A program made the position numbers and the translations under genes. From contig CAVPLK010000006.1 of NCBI GenBank assembly GCA_963705985.1, positions 115,022 to 179,021 of the forward strand: 64,000 nucleotides of DNA, written 5' to 3'. Position 1 is the first letter of the stretch; each line of letters opens with the position of its first letter. The notes under the pieces are model-generated. The model saw nothing but the letters and a program-made list of their open reading frames with translations, was not told the DNA's origin and did no database searches. Below are positions 1-10,422 of this stretch, in pieces. This stretch comes from an uncultured Gemmatimonadales bacterium (GTDB lineage Bacteria; Gemmatimonadota; Gemmatimonadetes; Gemmatimonadales; GWC2-71-9).

Positions 1-782
1 TGGTCAATTCCATCACCGCGCAGGAGGCGGGGCAGGACTACGGAGACTACGCCCGTGTGGACTGGCTGAACCTCGCCCTCCGCCGGCCGATCGCCGACCG
101 CACCGCGCTGCGGCTGGCGGTCGGCGTGGAGGAAAGCCACGATATGGCGGTGGCTGCGACTCCCGCCCGCGGGACCTATCGCGCGAATCCTGCCCTGGGG
201 GCGGGACGGTACACGCAGGCGACCCTGTCGCTCACGCGCGAGGCCGCTGGCATGGCGCCCCGCCACGACCTGAGTGGCGAGGTGCTCCTTGAAGGGGGCA
301 CCGGCCCGACCGACTACCTCCGAGCGGCGGTGGGGGTCCGGTGGCAGGCCCCACTCGGTACCGGCAGTCTTCGTGTCCGCGGGTACGCCGGGGTCGGCGG
401 CGATGGGATGCCGGCGTACCGGAGCTTCGTGATGGGAGGGCGGGGCAGCCTCGTCGGGTACTCGTTCCGGGAGTTCGGCGGCCGGAGCCTGGCACTGGCG
501 CATGCCGAGTGGCGCTTCAACGTCCCGGCGCCTGCCATTCCCCTCGGGAGCTTCGCGAGCACTGGCCGGACCGTTGTCCTGGCGCCGTTTATCGGAACCG
601 GCTGGAGCGAGCGGGCGGTGGCGGGGACGCCCTGGGCCGCGAGCGACGGCCTTCGCAGCACGGTCGGCCTGGCGACCGAGTGGTTCATGGGCCTCATCCG
701 GCTGGAGGGAGGTTACGGGCTCCGGGACGGTTTGTTCGAGGTGACGCTCGACATCTCCCGGGAGTGGTGGAACATCCTGTAG
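1..782 (+). CDS. Omp85/surface-antigen (D15) family outer-membrane beta-barrel protein, 3' part (5' end upstream of window)
   Basis: The frame is open from nt 3 with no stop before the listed ORF 57..782. It has the barrel-type motif FVMGGRGSLVGYSFREFGG..AEWRF and an aromatic-rich C terminus. A related motif occurs in the protein at 21422..24067. Confidence 0.55.
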   Translation, partial: VNSITAQEAGQDYGDYARVDWLNLALRRPIADRTALRLAVGVEESHDMAVAATPARGTYRANPALGAGRYTQATLSLTREAAGMAPRHDLSGEVLLEGGTGPTDYLRAAVGVRWQAPLGTGSLRVRGYAGVGGDGMPAYRSFVMGGRGSLVGYSFREFGGRSLALAHAEWRFNVPAPAIPLGSFASTGRTVVLAPFIGTGWSERAVAGTPWAASDGLRSTVGLATEWFMGLIRLEGGYGLRDGLFEVTLDISREWWNIL

Positions 783-840
783 CCCTGGCACTACCCAACG
801 CCCCTCGGGCGGCCTTTATTTCGGGCTCCAATTCGTTGAG

Positions 841-3084
841 GTGATCCGCTGGATGGCGTTTCTAGACGAATGGCTGGTTCCCACGCTGGAAATCACGGTG
901 CCCGAGGAAGCCATGGTGGCTATCCGCCAGGCGGCCGAGGCGGCGCCTACATCGCTGTGGGAGCAACTTGTCCAGCGTCGAATCATGACGGACGACGAGA
1001 TCCTGACTGCGATCTCCGCCCGGTTCCGCCTGCCGCTGGCCGACCTGACCACGATGGACATGAAGGTCCGGGAGGCGGTGCCCGAGGGCGTCGCGCGCAA
1101 GCACCACGTCCTCCCGCTGCGGATCACCGATTCGACCCTCGACGCGGCCACCGCCAACCCCTTCGATATCGATGCCGAAAAGATGCTCGCCTTCGCGACG
1201 GGGCGAGAGGTGCGGCTGCTGCTCTCCTCGCCGGGGCGCATCAAGGACCGTCTGGAGGAGCTGTATCGGGGTGAGAACCTCGTTTCCAAGCTCCTGGGCG
1301 GCCTCGAGACCGGGGCCGATGTCCAGCAGATTGAGGACACGGAGGAGGACGTCGGTGCCTCCGCGGACGAGGCGAGCCAGAAGCCGATTATCCGGCTGGT
1401 TGACATGATGCTCGCCGACGGGGTCACCAGCCGGGCCAGCGACATCCACGTCGAACCGATCGAGGGTGGCGTCACCGTGCGGTATCGCATCGACGGTGTG
1501 TTGCGGCAGGTCATGACGGTGCCGCGTGCGGCCGGCGTTCCGCTGATTTCCCGCATCAAGATCATGTCCGGGCTCGACATCGCCGACCGCCTCCGACCGC
1601 AGGACGGCCGGGCCCGCATCGCCATCAACAACGACAAGGTGGACCTCCGCGTCTCGACCCTGCCCGCCACGTACGGCGAAAAGGTCGTGATTCGAATTCT
1701 CAACCAGAAGTCCACCGTCCTGTCGCTGGAGACGCTGGGGCTGTTTCCCGAGGAGCGCGCGCAGATCGAGCGCCTGCTCGGGCACAAGGAGGGGATCATC
1801 CTGGTGACCGGGCCGACGGGGTCGGGCAAGACGACCACGCTGTACTCCGCCCTGCGAATGATCCAGAGCGAAGGGGTCAACATCGTCACGGTCGAGGATC
1901 CGGTCGAGTACCGCCTCGGCAAGCACATTGTGCAGGTGCAGATCAACGACAAGGCGGGCCTGACGTTTTCCACCGCGTTGCGGTCGATCCTGCGCCAGGA
2001 CCCCGACGTGGTGCTGGTCGGCGAAATCCGGGACGGTGAGACAGCGCAGATCGCCGTGCAGGCCTCGCTCACCGGCCACCTTGTCCTGTCGACGCTGCAC
2101 ACCAACGACGCGCCCAACTCCGTCACTCGTCTGGTCGACATGGGCATGCAGGCCTACAAGATCGGCGCGGCGCTCCGGGGCGTGGTTGCCCAGCGGCTGA
2201 TGCGCCGGCTCTGCCTCTCCTGCCGCGTGGTGCAGAAGGACCCGGTGCCGGAGCGGGTGCTGCAGTACTTCACCGGCGCCAAGACCCTCTACCACCCGAA
2301 GGGGTGCCCGGACTGCGCCATGACCGGGTACCGGGGCCGGTTCTCCATCGTCGAAATCCTGACGATGAGCCCCGAGCTCGAGCGACTCATCGGGCAGGGA
2401 GCCACGGTGGACATGATCACGACGGCGGCGCGGCAAAACGGGATGATGTCGCTGTTTGAGAGCGGCCTGCGCCATGTGATCGAGGGCGACAGCTCGGTCG
2501 ACGAACTGCTGCGCGTGACCGACATTCCCATGGAAGGCCGTTTCGGCGCGGCGGGCGCCCGTCAAGCCGCGCTGGGCATCCCTTCGCTGTACCCCACAGG
2601 GGTCTTTCCCGCCGTTCCCCAGGCGCCCGCGGTGGACCTGACCACCGCGTTCGAACTGCTGGAGGACGCCCCCCCGGGGGAGGAGCCCGCCCCCGATCAG
2701 TCACGCGGGGTCTCCGTCCTCCTGGTCGACGACGAGGATCAGCTCCGCCGCGTCATGAAGGACCTGCTTGAACGCGACGGCTACCTCGTACACGAGGCCC
2801 GGGACGGTGTCCAGGCGCTCGATCAGGTCGACCGCGTGGCGCCCGACATCATCGTCCTCGACCTCAACCTCCCGGGACTCGACGGGTACGGCGTGCTCGC
2901 CAAGTTGCGGTCCCGTCCGTCGACGCAGGGGATTCCGGTCATCGTCCTGACGGCCAAGGGAGACGAGGACAACGAAGTCCGGGTCTTCGAACTTGGCGCC
3001 GACGACTTCCTGACGAAGCCCTTCCGCGCGCGCGCTCTCTCCGCCCGGCTCGATGCCGTCCTCAGTCGGCGGCGGGCCGTGTAG
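841..3084 (+). CDS. GspE/PilB-type type II secretion / type IV pilus assembly ATPase fused to a C-terminal response-regulator receiver domain
   Basis: 747-aa ORF. It has a T2SSE_N-like N terminus, Walker A GPTGSGKTTT, Asp box DPDVVLVGEIRD, His box LSTLHTNDA and tetracysteine CLSC..CPDC. The C-terminal ~120 aa carry receiver motifs VDDED, IVLDLNLPG, VLTAKG and TKPF. The start is GTG 841 or ATG 853. Confidence 0.85.
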   Translation: MIRWMAFLDEWLVPTLEITVPEEAMVAIRQAAEAAPTSLWEQLVQRRIMTDDEILTAISARFRLPLADLTTMDMKVREAVPEGVARKHHVLPLRITDSTLDAATANPFDIDAEKMLAFATGREVRLLLSSPGRIKDRLEELYRGENLVSKLLGGLETGADVQQIEDTEEDVGASADEASQKPIIRLVDMMLADGVTSRASDIHVEPIEGGVTVRYRIDGVLRQVMTVPRAAGVPLISRIKIMSGLDIADRLRPQDGRARIAINNDKVDLRVSTLPATYGEKVVIRILNQKSTVLSLETLGLFPEERAQIERLLGHKEGIILVTGPTGSGKTTTLYSALRMIQSEGVNIVTVEDPVEYRLGKHIVQVQINDKAGLTFSTALRSILRQDPDVVLVGEIRDGETAQIAVQASLTGHLVLSTLHTNDAPNSVTRLVDMGMQAYKIGAALRGVVAQRLMRRLCLSCRVVQKDPVPERVLQYFTGAKTLYHPKGCPDCAMTGYRGRFSIVEILTMSPELERLIGQGATVDMITTAARQNGMMSLFESGLRHVIEGDSSVDELLRVTDIPMEGRFGAAGARQAALGIPSLYPTGVFPAVPQAPAVDLTTAFELLEDAPPGEEPAPDQSRGVSVLLVDDEDQLRRVMKDLLERDGYLVHEARDGVQALDQVDRVAPDIIVLDLNLPGLDGYGVLAKLRSRPSTQGIPVIVLTAKGDEDNEVRVFELGADDFLTKPFRARALSARLDAVLSRRRAV

Positions 3085-3108
3085 CCTCACGGCTGGAGAT
3101 TCTTCTGT

Positions 3109-3576
3109 ATGACTGAAGTTCGCGTCTCCATGGTTGACCTCTATGTGGCCCGCCCCGTCGGGGCGGGCTTCGAGTTTCTGGTCCTCCGGCGGAGCGGCCA
3201 GGGGCGCTCACCGGGAGCCTGGGAGGTCGTCCACGGCCACCTGGAGCGGGGAGAAACGCCGGTGGAGGCGGCTCGGCGCGAGCTGCTCGAAGAGACCGGA
3301 CTTGCTCCCGTGGCGATGTACAACCTCAGCCGAGTCGAATTGTTCTACCTCCACCGCACCGACGCGGTGGCCATGATCCCGGCGTTTCTCGCCTTTGTCC
3401 CCGCGGTAGCGGAGGCCTCGCTTTCCGAGGAACACGACGCCGCTGAATGGCTCCCGGTCGACCTTGCCCGGAGTCGGCTGTCCTGGCCGCGTTCGCGCCG
3501 TGCCCTCGATGACATCCTCATTCTGTTCGCCGATGGCAGCGCCGGCCCACTGGAGGACCTACTCCGCCTATGCTGA
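3109..3576 (+). CDS. NUDIX hydrolase
   Basis: Canonical Nudix box GHLERGETPVEAARRELLEETGL (Gx5Ex7REUxEExGU); 155 aa. Confidence 0.85.
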   Translation: MTEVRVSMVDLYVARPVGAGFEFLVLRRSGQGRSPGAWEVVHGHLERGETPVEAARRELLEETGLAPVAMYNLSRVELFYLHRTDAVAMIPAFLAFVPAVAEASLSEEHDAAEWLPVDLARSRLSWPRSRRALDDILILFADGSAGPLEDLLRLC

Positions 3577-5003
3577 CTCGTCCCGCCGTCCTCTGCGCGT
3601 CCGCCGCGCTCCTGTTCGCCATGCCCGCGGATCGCGACCCCTGCCTCCGACTGTCCCGCGCCGGCACGCAGGTCCAGGGGGACGTGACGGTGTGCCCCGG
3701 CCGCTACCGCATCGCCGATCACGGGGAGCTCGGCGTGCTGATCATCGCCGGCTCCGGCACCCGTCTCAATCTCACCGGGGTCACCCTGGAAAGCGGTGAC
3801 AGCGTCCCCGCGCAGTACCTCGGGGCCGGCGTGGTGAGCCGGGGGCTCGACAACGTCGAGGTTTACGGGGGCACCATCCGGGGCTTTCGCCACGGCATCC
3901 GGATCGAAGGGGGGCGGGGCCACCGCATCGCCCGGGTGGACGTGTCCGGGTCCCGCGCGCAGGCGCTCCGCTCCACGCCGGACCGGTACGACGAGGCCGA
4001 CTGGCTGGACATCTTTCACGCCGACACGGCGGAGGAGTACGGCGGGGGCATCCTCCTGAAGCACACCAATGGCGCGACGGTGGTCGGCGTCTCGGCGCGA
4101 CATGCGCAGAATGGCATCGGATTGATCGCCGCCCGCGCCAGCTATGTGGCCGACAACGATGTCTCGGACAACAGCGGATGGGGGATCCACCTGTGGGCCT
4201 CGCCGCATAACGTGCTGGTGCGCAACAAGGCCCATCACAACGTGCGCTGCGAATCCCCCGCCTACCGCCGTGGCTGTGACTCCGCCGGCATCCTCCTTCG
4301 GGAGCAGAGCGACTCGAACCTTGTCGCCGACAACGACATCACCTCGTCGGGTGACGGGTTCTTCCTGAGCGGGCAGCCGGAGTACGTCCGCCCCTCAAAC
4401 GGCAACCTGGTGCTCCGCAACGACGGCTCCTCCGCCTACCACAACGCCTTTGAGTCCACCTTCAGTCACGGGAACGTGTTTCTCGAGAACCGCGCCGACA
4501 GTTCCGACTATGGGTTCTGGCTCGGCTATTCCACCGGGACCACGGTTCAGGGCAACGTCATTCTCGGCTCCCGGTCGGTGGGCATCGCCATCGAGCACGG
4601 GGGCGCCAACCGGCTGCTGACCAACCTCGTCATGGGCGGCCAGGTGGGCATCCGGCTGTTCACGCGGGATTCGAACGGTCCCGCGAGCCGTGATTACGTG
4701 GTCGACGGCAACACCATCGCCGGTGTGACGCGCGGACTCGTGCTGGAGCGGACCGCGCACGTGCGCGTGCGGGGCAACACCTTCGACGGGGTGAATGACG
4801 CGCTGGTGGCTGACTCGAGTGGGGGCGACGCCCAGGTGACGGGCAACGTCTTCCTGCGGGCACAGCGGTACTTCATCGTCGCGCCGTCAATGACGGCAGG
4901 CAGCAATTACTGGGCGACCGCCACGGAGGCGGAGGCCGTCGCGCGGGTCAGTGGGGTGGTGGTGGTGAAGCCGTGGTTCCCGGCGTCCGTGGCCGGGTAC
5001 TAG
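3570..5003 (+). CDS. Secreted right-handed parallel beta-helix repeat protein (PbH1/NosD-like)
   Basis: 477 aa with a hydrophobic N-terminal signal-like segment. It has periodic ~22-aa units with N/G turns (NSGWGIHLWASPHNVLVRNKAHHN, GNLVLRNDGSSAYHNAFES, GNVILGSRSVGIAIEHG). The ATG overlaps the Nudix stop. Confidence 0.65.
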   Translation: MLTRPAVLCASAALLFAMPADRDPCLRLSRAGTQVQGDVTVCPGRYRIADHGELGVLIIAGSGTRLNLTGVTLESGDSVPAQYLGAGVVSRGLDNVEVYGGTIRGFRHGIRIEGGRGHRIARVDVSGSRAQALRSTPDRYDEADWLDIFHADTAEEYGGGILLKHTNGATVVGVSARHAQNGIGLIAARASYVADNDVSDNSGWGIHLWASPHNVLVRNKAHHNVRCESPAYRRGCDSAGILLREQSDSNLVADNDITSSGDGFFLSGQPEYVRPSNGNLVLRNDGSSAYHNAFESTFSHGNVFLENRADSSDYGFWLGYSTGTTVQGNVILGSRSVGIAIEHGGANRLLTNLVMGGQVGIRLFTRDSNGPASRDYVVDGNTIAGVTRGLVLERTAHVRVRGNTFDGVNDALVADSSGGDAQVTGNVFLRAQRYFIVAPSMTAGSNYWATATEAEAVARVSGVVVVKPWFPASVAGY

Positions 5004-7051
5004 CCCAGCAGGCGCTGCAGCACCGCCCGCACCTCGCGCGGAACCAGCGGCTTCGAGAGCCGGGGCACCTCGGAGAGCCCGGGGTCGTCCCCGCCGGCGG
5101 GGTCGCCGAGCAGGACGAGCCGGGCAGTGAGCTCCGGCCGCTGCGCCAGCAGCTGGGGGATCAGCCGCTCCTGTGCGCCCGCGAGGGTGGAATCGAGCAA
5201 CAGCAGGTCGTACGCCTGTTCGTTGGACATGGCGACGGCCTCGGCGCCCGTCCGCGCAGTGTGGATCTGCACGCCGTCCTGCGCCAGGAGCGCGGTCACC
5301 ACGCGGTGCACCGAGCGGTCGGCGTCGGCGACCAGCACCCGGCGTGGCACGCGCGGCTGCACGGGACTGCTGCCGTGGGCCGGCAGCTCAATGGTGAACG
5401 TCGATCCCCCGCCCTCCGCCGGCGCGTACGACAGCCGGCCTCCATGTGACTCGACAATGCCATAGCTGATCGAGAGCCCAAGCCCCGTGCCCTGCCCGGG
5501 CTGCTTCGTGGTGAAGAACGGCGTGAAGATCCGTCCGGTGAGCGAGGCAGGGATGCCCGGGCCGGTGTCGGAGACGCGCACGAAGGCGCGGTCGCCCTCC
5601 CGGCCGGTGGCGACCAGAATCCGGCGCGCCGCCTCCGGCGGGAGCTCGGAAAGCGCGTGCACGGCGTTGGTCAGCAGGTTGAGCAGCACCTGCTGGATCT
5701 CGTACCGGTCGCCCCGGACGACGGCGGGTTCGCCCACCTCGCGCTCGAGTGTGACCCCGCGCAACCGGAGCTCCGCCTGGATGAGGAGGACCGTCCGCTG
5801 GGCCACGTCCTCGAGGTCCACGTCCGCCTGCTCCGGTGTGCCCTTCCGCGCAAAGGTCAGCAGGTTGGCGACGATTCGGCCCGCCCGATCGGCCTGCTCG
5901 TGGACGACGCTCAGGTGTTCGCGTACGTCGTCCGGCAGGCGCTCCTGTTCCAGCAGGAGCTCGGACAGCCCGGCGATCGATGTCAGCGGGTTGTTCAGCT
6001 CGTGGGCCACGCCGGACACGAGCTGCCCGACCGCCGCCATCTTCTCGTTCTGGATGAGCTGGGCTTCCAGGGCGCGCTGGTCGGTGACGTCCTCCACCAT
6101 CACGACGACCGAGGCCGCCCCCTCGTGAGCAGGAAGCGGTGCCCCGGCGACGCGGAGCGTCCGGTTCAGCTTGGTCGACGGGAGGAGCGTCGGGATCCGG
6201 GATTGCCCCAGGCGCGCGCCCGCGAGGAGCTCTTCGGCGGCCTCCGACTCCGAAAAGAGGGACGAGATGAACGGCCGCCCGACCAGGGAGGCGAGCGGAA
6301 CTCCCGTCAGCAGCGCGAGCGCCCGGTTGGCGCGGGTAATTCGGCCGGCGCCGTCCACCAGCGCGATACCTTCCGAGAGGGCGTCGAAGGTCGTCTCCCA
6401 CTCTTCTTTGCCCTGGCGCAGCAGCCCGAAGAACCGGCTGTTGGTGAGCACGACCGCCGCCTGCATTGCCACCGTCGAAATCAGCCAAAGGTCCTGGGTC
6501 GAGAAGGGCCGGTCACGGCGCGCCGAGACCGCCATCGCGCCCAACGTCATCCCGTGCGCCCGCAACGGGGCGACGGCCGTCCGCAGGACCCTGACGCCGG
6601 CCATCAACTCCACTCCTGGCGCAGGACCGTCCGCCAGTTCGATCCGCTCGCGGCCGATCGCCTGGGTGAGGAGCCCACCCTCCGCCGAGGGGATCGAGCG
6701 CCCCAGCAATGCGGCCAGCGATCCCTCGGCCGCCGCGATCCGCAGTTCGGGCTGATCCTCGGACGCAAGCGCCACCACCGTCCCTTCCGCCTCCAGGAAT
6801 CGCGAGGTGAACCGGGCCACCTGCTCCACGATCCGCTCGGTCTGGAGCGATTCGGAGAGGACGTAACTCAGTTCCTGGAGGGAAAAGATCTCGTTGATCC
6901 GTCGGTCGAGTCGGCGGGCAAAGTCGTCGCGCTCGGCCTGGAGGTCGGCCACCTGTGCGGCCAGCGCGGTGGCCTCTGCCTCGTGTCGGCGCCGGGCGCG
7001 CCACGACCAGACCAGCGCCGCCGCGCCCGCCAGGAGCGTGAGGACGATCAA
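5000..7051 (-). CDS. Hybrid sensor histidine kinase (TM, GAF-like, PAS-like, HisKA, HATPase_c, receiver)
   Basis: H-box VAHELNNPLTSI, N box LLNLLTNAVHA, G boxes DTGPGIP and GTGLGLS. The C-terminal receiver has VLVADAD..LLLLDSTL..SKPL. Confidence 0.85.
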   Translation of the reverse strand: MIVLTLLAGAAALVWSWRARRRHEAEATALAAQVADLQAERDDFARRLDRRINEIFSLQELSYVLSESLQTERIVEQVARFTSRFLEAEGTVVALASEDQPELRIAAAEGSLAALLGRSIPSAEGGLLTQAIGRERIELADGPAPGVELMAGVRVLRTAVAPLRAHGMTLGAMAVSARRDRPFSTQDLWLISTVAMQAAVVLTNSRFFGLLRQGKEEWETTFDALSEGIALVDGAGRITRANRALALLTGVPLASLVGRPFISSLFSESEAAEELLAGARLGQSRIPTLLPSTKLNRTLRVAGAPLPAHEGAASVVVMVEDVTDQRALEAQLIQNEKMAAVGQLVSGVAHELNNPLTSIAGLSELLLEQERLPDDVREHLSVVHEQADRAGRIVANLLTFARKGTPEQADVDLEDVAQRTVLLIQAELRLRGVTLEREVGEPAVVRGDRYEIQQVLLNLLTNAVHALSELPPEAARRILVATGREGDRAFVRVSDTGPGIPASLTGRIFTPFFTTKQPGQGTGLGLSISYGIVESHGGRLSYAPAEGGGSTFTIELPAHGSSPVQPRVPRRVLVADADRSVHRVVTALLAQDGVQIHTARTGAEAVAMSNEQAYDLLLLDSTLAGAQERLIPQLLAQRPELTARLVLLGDPAGGDDPGLSEVPRLSKPLVPREVRAVLQRLLG

Positions 7052-7056
7052 CGCGC

Positions 7057-7908
7057 TCAGGATGGCCCCGGTTCGCCGTCGTGGCGCGTCAGCAGGTTGG
7101 TGGGGGTCGTTTCGGGAGGGGCGTTCGGCTTGACCCGGACCGATTTGGCCGGGATGCCGACGTTGACATGATACGGCCGGACATTTTTCGTGGCGACGGC
7201 GCTGGCGCCGACCATCCCGTTCCGGCCCACGCGTACCCCGGCGAGCACCGTTGCGTGATAGGTGATCCGGGCGTCGTCCTCGAGGACGGTATGCGCATTG
7301 GTTACGTCCCGCTGGTCCACAATGCTGTGCGTGTGGCTGTAGATGTTGGCGTAGTCCGAGACGCTGACGCGGTCGCCCAACGTCAGGCCGCCGCGATCGT
7401 CCAGCAGGACGTGGCGATGGATCACCACGTCGTCGCCGACCTCCATGTTATATCCATAGGAGAATTCGACGTGCTGGAAGCACTTGAAGTTCCGTCCACA
7501 GCGCGCAAAGATCCTCGGCGCGAGCCGCCGACGAAGGGCGACGCCGAGCGCCACGTTCTGTGCCGCGAGGGGCGTCCGATCGAAGCTGTACCAGAGCCAG
7601 AGCAATGGCTTGACCCGGGCAAAGCGCACCGGGTCGACATCCGCGTAGTATTCAGGCTCAAGGGTAATATTCGTGGGGTCCAGGGCCAGCAGGCCCGTCC
7701 GGGCCCCGTGCGACCGATTGGGGTCGCTGACCGCGGCCTCCCAGTCCGGAATCTCGGGATGGAAGAGGCTCAGGAGCACCTGGCGCACGACGCGCGACCA
7801 CTCCGCGCCGGGGGCGTCGAGTTGAGCGTCGAGGTCATCCAGCCACGTCAGGTACGCTGCATCGGCCCGCTCAGGCAGGCTCACGGATCGGAGGGGTAGA
7901 AATGCCAT
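7057..7908 (-). CDS. Hexapeptide-repeat (left-handed beta-helix) acyl/acetyltransferase
   Basis: The C-terminal half shows hexapeptide periodicity (GDDVVIHRHVLLDDRGGLTLGDRVSVSDYANIYSHTH..ARITYHATVLAGVRVGRNGMVGASAVA). It lies 6 nt upstream of the hybrid kinase on the same strand. Confidence 0.7.
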   Translation of the reverse strand: MAFLPLRSVSLPERADAAYLTWLDDLDAQLDAPGAEWSRVVRQVLLSLFHPEIPDWEAAVSDPNRSHGARTGLLALDPTNITLEPEYYADVDPVRFARVKPLLWLWYSFDRTPLAAQNVALGVALRRRLAPRIFARCGRNFKCFQHVEFSYGYNMEVGDDVVIHRHVLLDDRGGLTLGDRVSVSDYANIYSHTHSIVDQRDVTNAHTVLEDDARITYHATVLAGVRVGRNGMVGASAVATKNVRPYHVNVGIPAKSVRVKPNAPPETTPTNLLTRHDGEPGPS

Positions 7909-8029
7909 GCACGCTCCACGGTTGCCCTGAGTTTACCGGAGTGGAGACCGCCGCGCCACGGTGTGCCACCTCCTCCCGCGGGCCCACCGCCCCCCTCCGG
8001 TCGCCCACCATCACACTGGGAATCGCCGC

Positions 8030-9058
8030 ATGATTCGATGGCTGCCCCTCCTGATGGGAGCGCTCCTCCTCGGCTGCGATTCGCCAGGGACCCGCGGGGG
8101 TCCGGTGTGGATCGACCGCGAGGCCAAGGCCATGGACGCCTCGCTGCGGATCACCCTCGAGGCTCCCACGCTGGCGGCCGCGGTCCAGGCGTCGCAGGCG
8201 GTGCTCAGCGCGGTCGGCGCGGCAGATGCCCTCCTCTCGCCTGACCGACCTGACAGCCGAGTGAGTGTGCTCAACACCTCGGCGGTCGGCGCAACCATCG
8301 GGATCGACTCGGCGTTATGCCCCGTCCTGGCTGAGGTGACCAGTTACGCGGCCGAAGTTCCCGGCGCGTTTGATTTCATCATCGGCTCCCTCGTCGACGC
8401 GTGGGACCTCGATGGAGACGGCCGCGTACCATCCGTGGTGGAGCTGGAGGCCGCCCGGCGAGCCGCCGGCCGCGGCGGCATGCAGCTCGATATGGATCGC
8501 TGCGTTGCCCAGCGCCTCGCGGCCGCTGCAGGACTGGAACCGTGGGGGTTCGTGAAGGGGTACAGCCTGCGAGTGGCCCGTGACAGCCTCCTGGCCCACG
8601 GCGTCCATTCGGCGAATCTCAGGTTCGGACAGCAGGTGATGGTGCTCGGACCGACGGAGGCGGGGGGGCCGTGGCGGTTGGCGATTCCGAGCCCGGAGGA
8701 CAAGAAGGAGGAGGTCTTTACGCTCTGGCTGGCCAGCGGATCGGCGTCGACTTCGAGTCAGTCACACCGGTTCGTGCGCTCCGCGGGGCAGACGATCGGG
8801 CACATCCTCGACCCGAGGACAGGCACGCCGGTACCAGGGTGGGGAAGTCTGACGGTGGTGGCGCAGGACCCGCTCCGGGCGGACGTGCTGTCGACCGCCC
8901 TCTTCGTGCTGGGCCCCGACAGCGCCTATGCGTGGGCAGAGCGGCACAACGATGTGGGTGTCCTGGTGCTGGATCGGCGCGATGGCGCCATCCGGTTCCG
9001 CTACAACGAGGGGCTGCGCCCGGCGCTCGACTCCGCGACGTCCTCCCCCATTCGCTGA
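8030..9058 (+). CDS. apbE: FAD:protein FMN transferase (ApbE family) lipoprotein
   Basis: Lipoprotein signal MIRWLPLLMGALLLGC at ATG 8030 (the listed ORF starts at 7961). ApbE-like core, including RADVLSTALFVLGP near the C terminus. Confidence 0.7.
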   Translation: MIRWLPLLMGALLLGCDSPGTRGGPVWIDREAKAMDASLRITLEAPTLAAAVQASQAVLSAVGAADALLSPDRPDSRVSVLNTSAVGATIGIDSALCPVLAEVTSYAAEVPGAFDFIIGSLVDAWDLDGDGRVPSVVELEAARRAAGRGGMQLDMDRCVAQRLAAAAGLEPWGFVKGYSLRVARDSLLAHGVHSANLRFGQQVMVLGPTEAGGPWRLAIPSPEDKKEEVFTLWLASGSASTSSQSHRFVRSAGQTIGHILDPRTGTPVPGWGSLTVVAQDPLRADVLSTALFVLGPDSAYAWAERHNDVGVLVLDRRDGAIRFRYNEGLRPALDSATSSPIR

Positions 9059-9070
9059 GCTGCCGGCTCG

Positions 9071-9721
9071 CTACGGCGCGCCGCCGGAGTCCGGTACCTG
9101 CTGCGTCCCCTGGGACCGCGCCCGCGCGGACACACGGGCCAACTCCCGGTCGAACGTCGAAATCTTCGACGCCCAGCCTTCGGCCGCCACCGACCCGTAG
9201 CTGAAGGTCATCGGTGAGTACACCGGCAGCTCATCGGCAAAGACGTACAGTCCCTGCCCCACCGCCTGCTGCGGAAGTTGCTGTCGGCTGAAGTTGGCAT
9301 TGAGGGGGATGATGCCGACCGGATCGACCCGGATCGAGTTCACGGCCACCCCAACCGAAGTCGCTTCAAACCGGACGTCGGGGACGTTGCCGTAGACGGT
9401 CACCAGCATGAGGCCCGGCTGGGTCGATCCGCTGTATCGGCTGACCGAGTCGATGGCGGCTCGGCGGCTTGCGATCATGCCCGAGAGTGCCCGGTAGGCA
9501 TCGGGGGCCAGCAGTCGGAGGAGCCGCTCGTTGAGCGGCTGGAACCGCACGGTGAGCTGGCTGTTCGCGATCGAGATGGAAATCTGTTCCTGCGTGAGCG
9601 ATCCCAACCCCATCGGGGGCATCGTCCCCATCGGGTCCGGCGTTTCCTGTGATTGGGCTCGCCCCGAATGCGCACAGGCACAGAGGGCCAGCAATACCAG
9701 CAATCGGGGCAGGCGGTTCAT
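9071..9721 (-). CDS. Hypothetical secreted protein / lipoprotein
   Basis: 216-aa ORF with signal peptide [19 protein letters not shown]. No recognisable catalytic motif. Confidence 0.5.
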   Translation of the reverse strand: MNRLPRLLVLLALCACAHSGRAQSQETPDPMGTMPPMGLGSLTQEQISISIANSQLTVRFQPLNERLLRLLAPDAYRALSGMIASRRAAIDSVSRYSGSTQPGLMLVTVYGNVPDVRFEATSVGVAVNSIRVDPVGIIPLNANFSRQQLPQQAVGQGLYVFADELPVYSPMTFSYGSVAAEGWASKISTFDRELARVSARARSQGTQQVPDSGGAP

Positions 9722-10422
9722 GGCGGGTTTCCTTGGTCTGCGACTGCGAGGATGCTCTCGCCGAGCTCGGCGATCCCCTCTCCGGTCACTACGCTGGTGG
9801 GCTGCATTTCCTCCGCGGACAGGCCGAGATCCCTGGCCAGCGCCAGGGTGCGCTCACGGACGGCAACGCGCCCCAGTTTGTCGATCTTGGTCAGTACAGC
9901 CAGCACGGGGTGCCCCGACGCCGCCAGGAGGCGCCGCACGACTTCGTCCTCAGCCGACAACTCCCGCCGGACATCGAGCAGCCAGACTACGCCGGCCAGG
10001 GTGTCCCGGTGCTCCACATAGCCATCCAGCAATTGGCGGAATCCGGAGCGCGCAGTCTTGCTCGCCCGCGCGTAGCCATAGCCCGGCAGGTCCACGAGAT
10101 AGAGATCGGGAAGCCGGAAGACGTTGACCAACCTGGTCTTCCCCGGCGTGCCACTCACCCGCGCGAGGCCCTTCTTCCCCACCAAGGCGTTGAGGAGGCT
10201 CGACTTCCCCACGTTGGAGCGGCCCACGAAGGCCACCTCCGGCATCGCCGGATCGAGCCGCACGCGTGGATCGGGAAAGGACCCGACGAACTCGATGGGA
10301 AGGCTGGACAGCAGGGGGGCGGCTGGGCCGCGGGGCGGGGAGGCCGTTGCGCCTCCTATGCTTCTTTCTTCTGCTTGGCCCGCTCGGTCACGATGAGCGG
10401 CGGTGTTCCCTCGGTGACGCAC
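9718..10422 (-). CDS. engB: Ribosome-biogenesis GTPase EngB/YihA/YsxC
   Basis: G1 [10 protein letters not shown]3 DLPGYG, G4 TKIDK. The listed start overlaps the clpX 3' end by 67 nt, so the true start may be further downstream. Confidence 0.8.
   Translation of the reverse strand: MRHRGNTAAHRDRAGQAEERSIGGATASPPRGPAAPLLSSLPIEFVGSFPDPRVRLDPAMPEVAFVGRSNVGKSSLLNALVGKKGLARVSGTPGKTRLVNVFRLPDLYLVDLPGYGYARASKTARSGFRQLLDGYVEHRDTLAGVVWLLDVRRELSAEDEVVRRLLAASGHPVLAVLTKIDKLGRVAVRERTLALARDLGLSAEEMQPTSVVTGEGIAELGESILAVADQGNPP

Noticed and set aside
5000-5003. Shared CTAG forming the stop codons of two convergent genes (the beta-helix protein and the hybrid kinase).
   Set aside because: This is a trivial consequence of TAG being self-complementary within CTAG. 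No regulatory implication can be supported.
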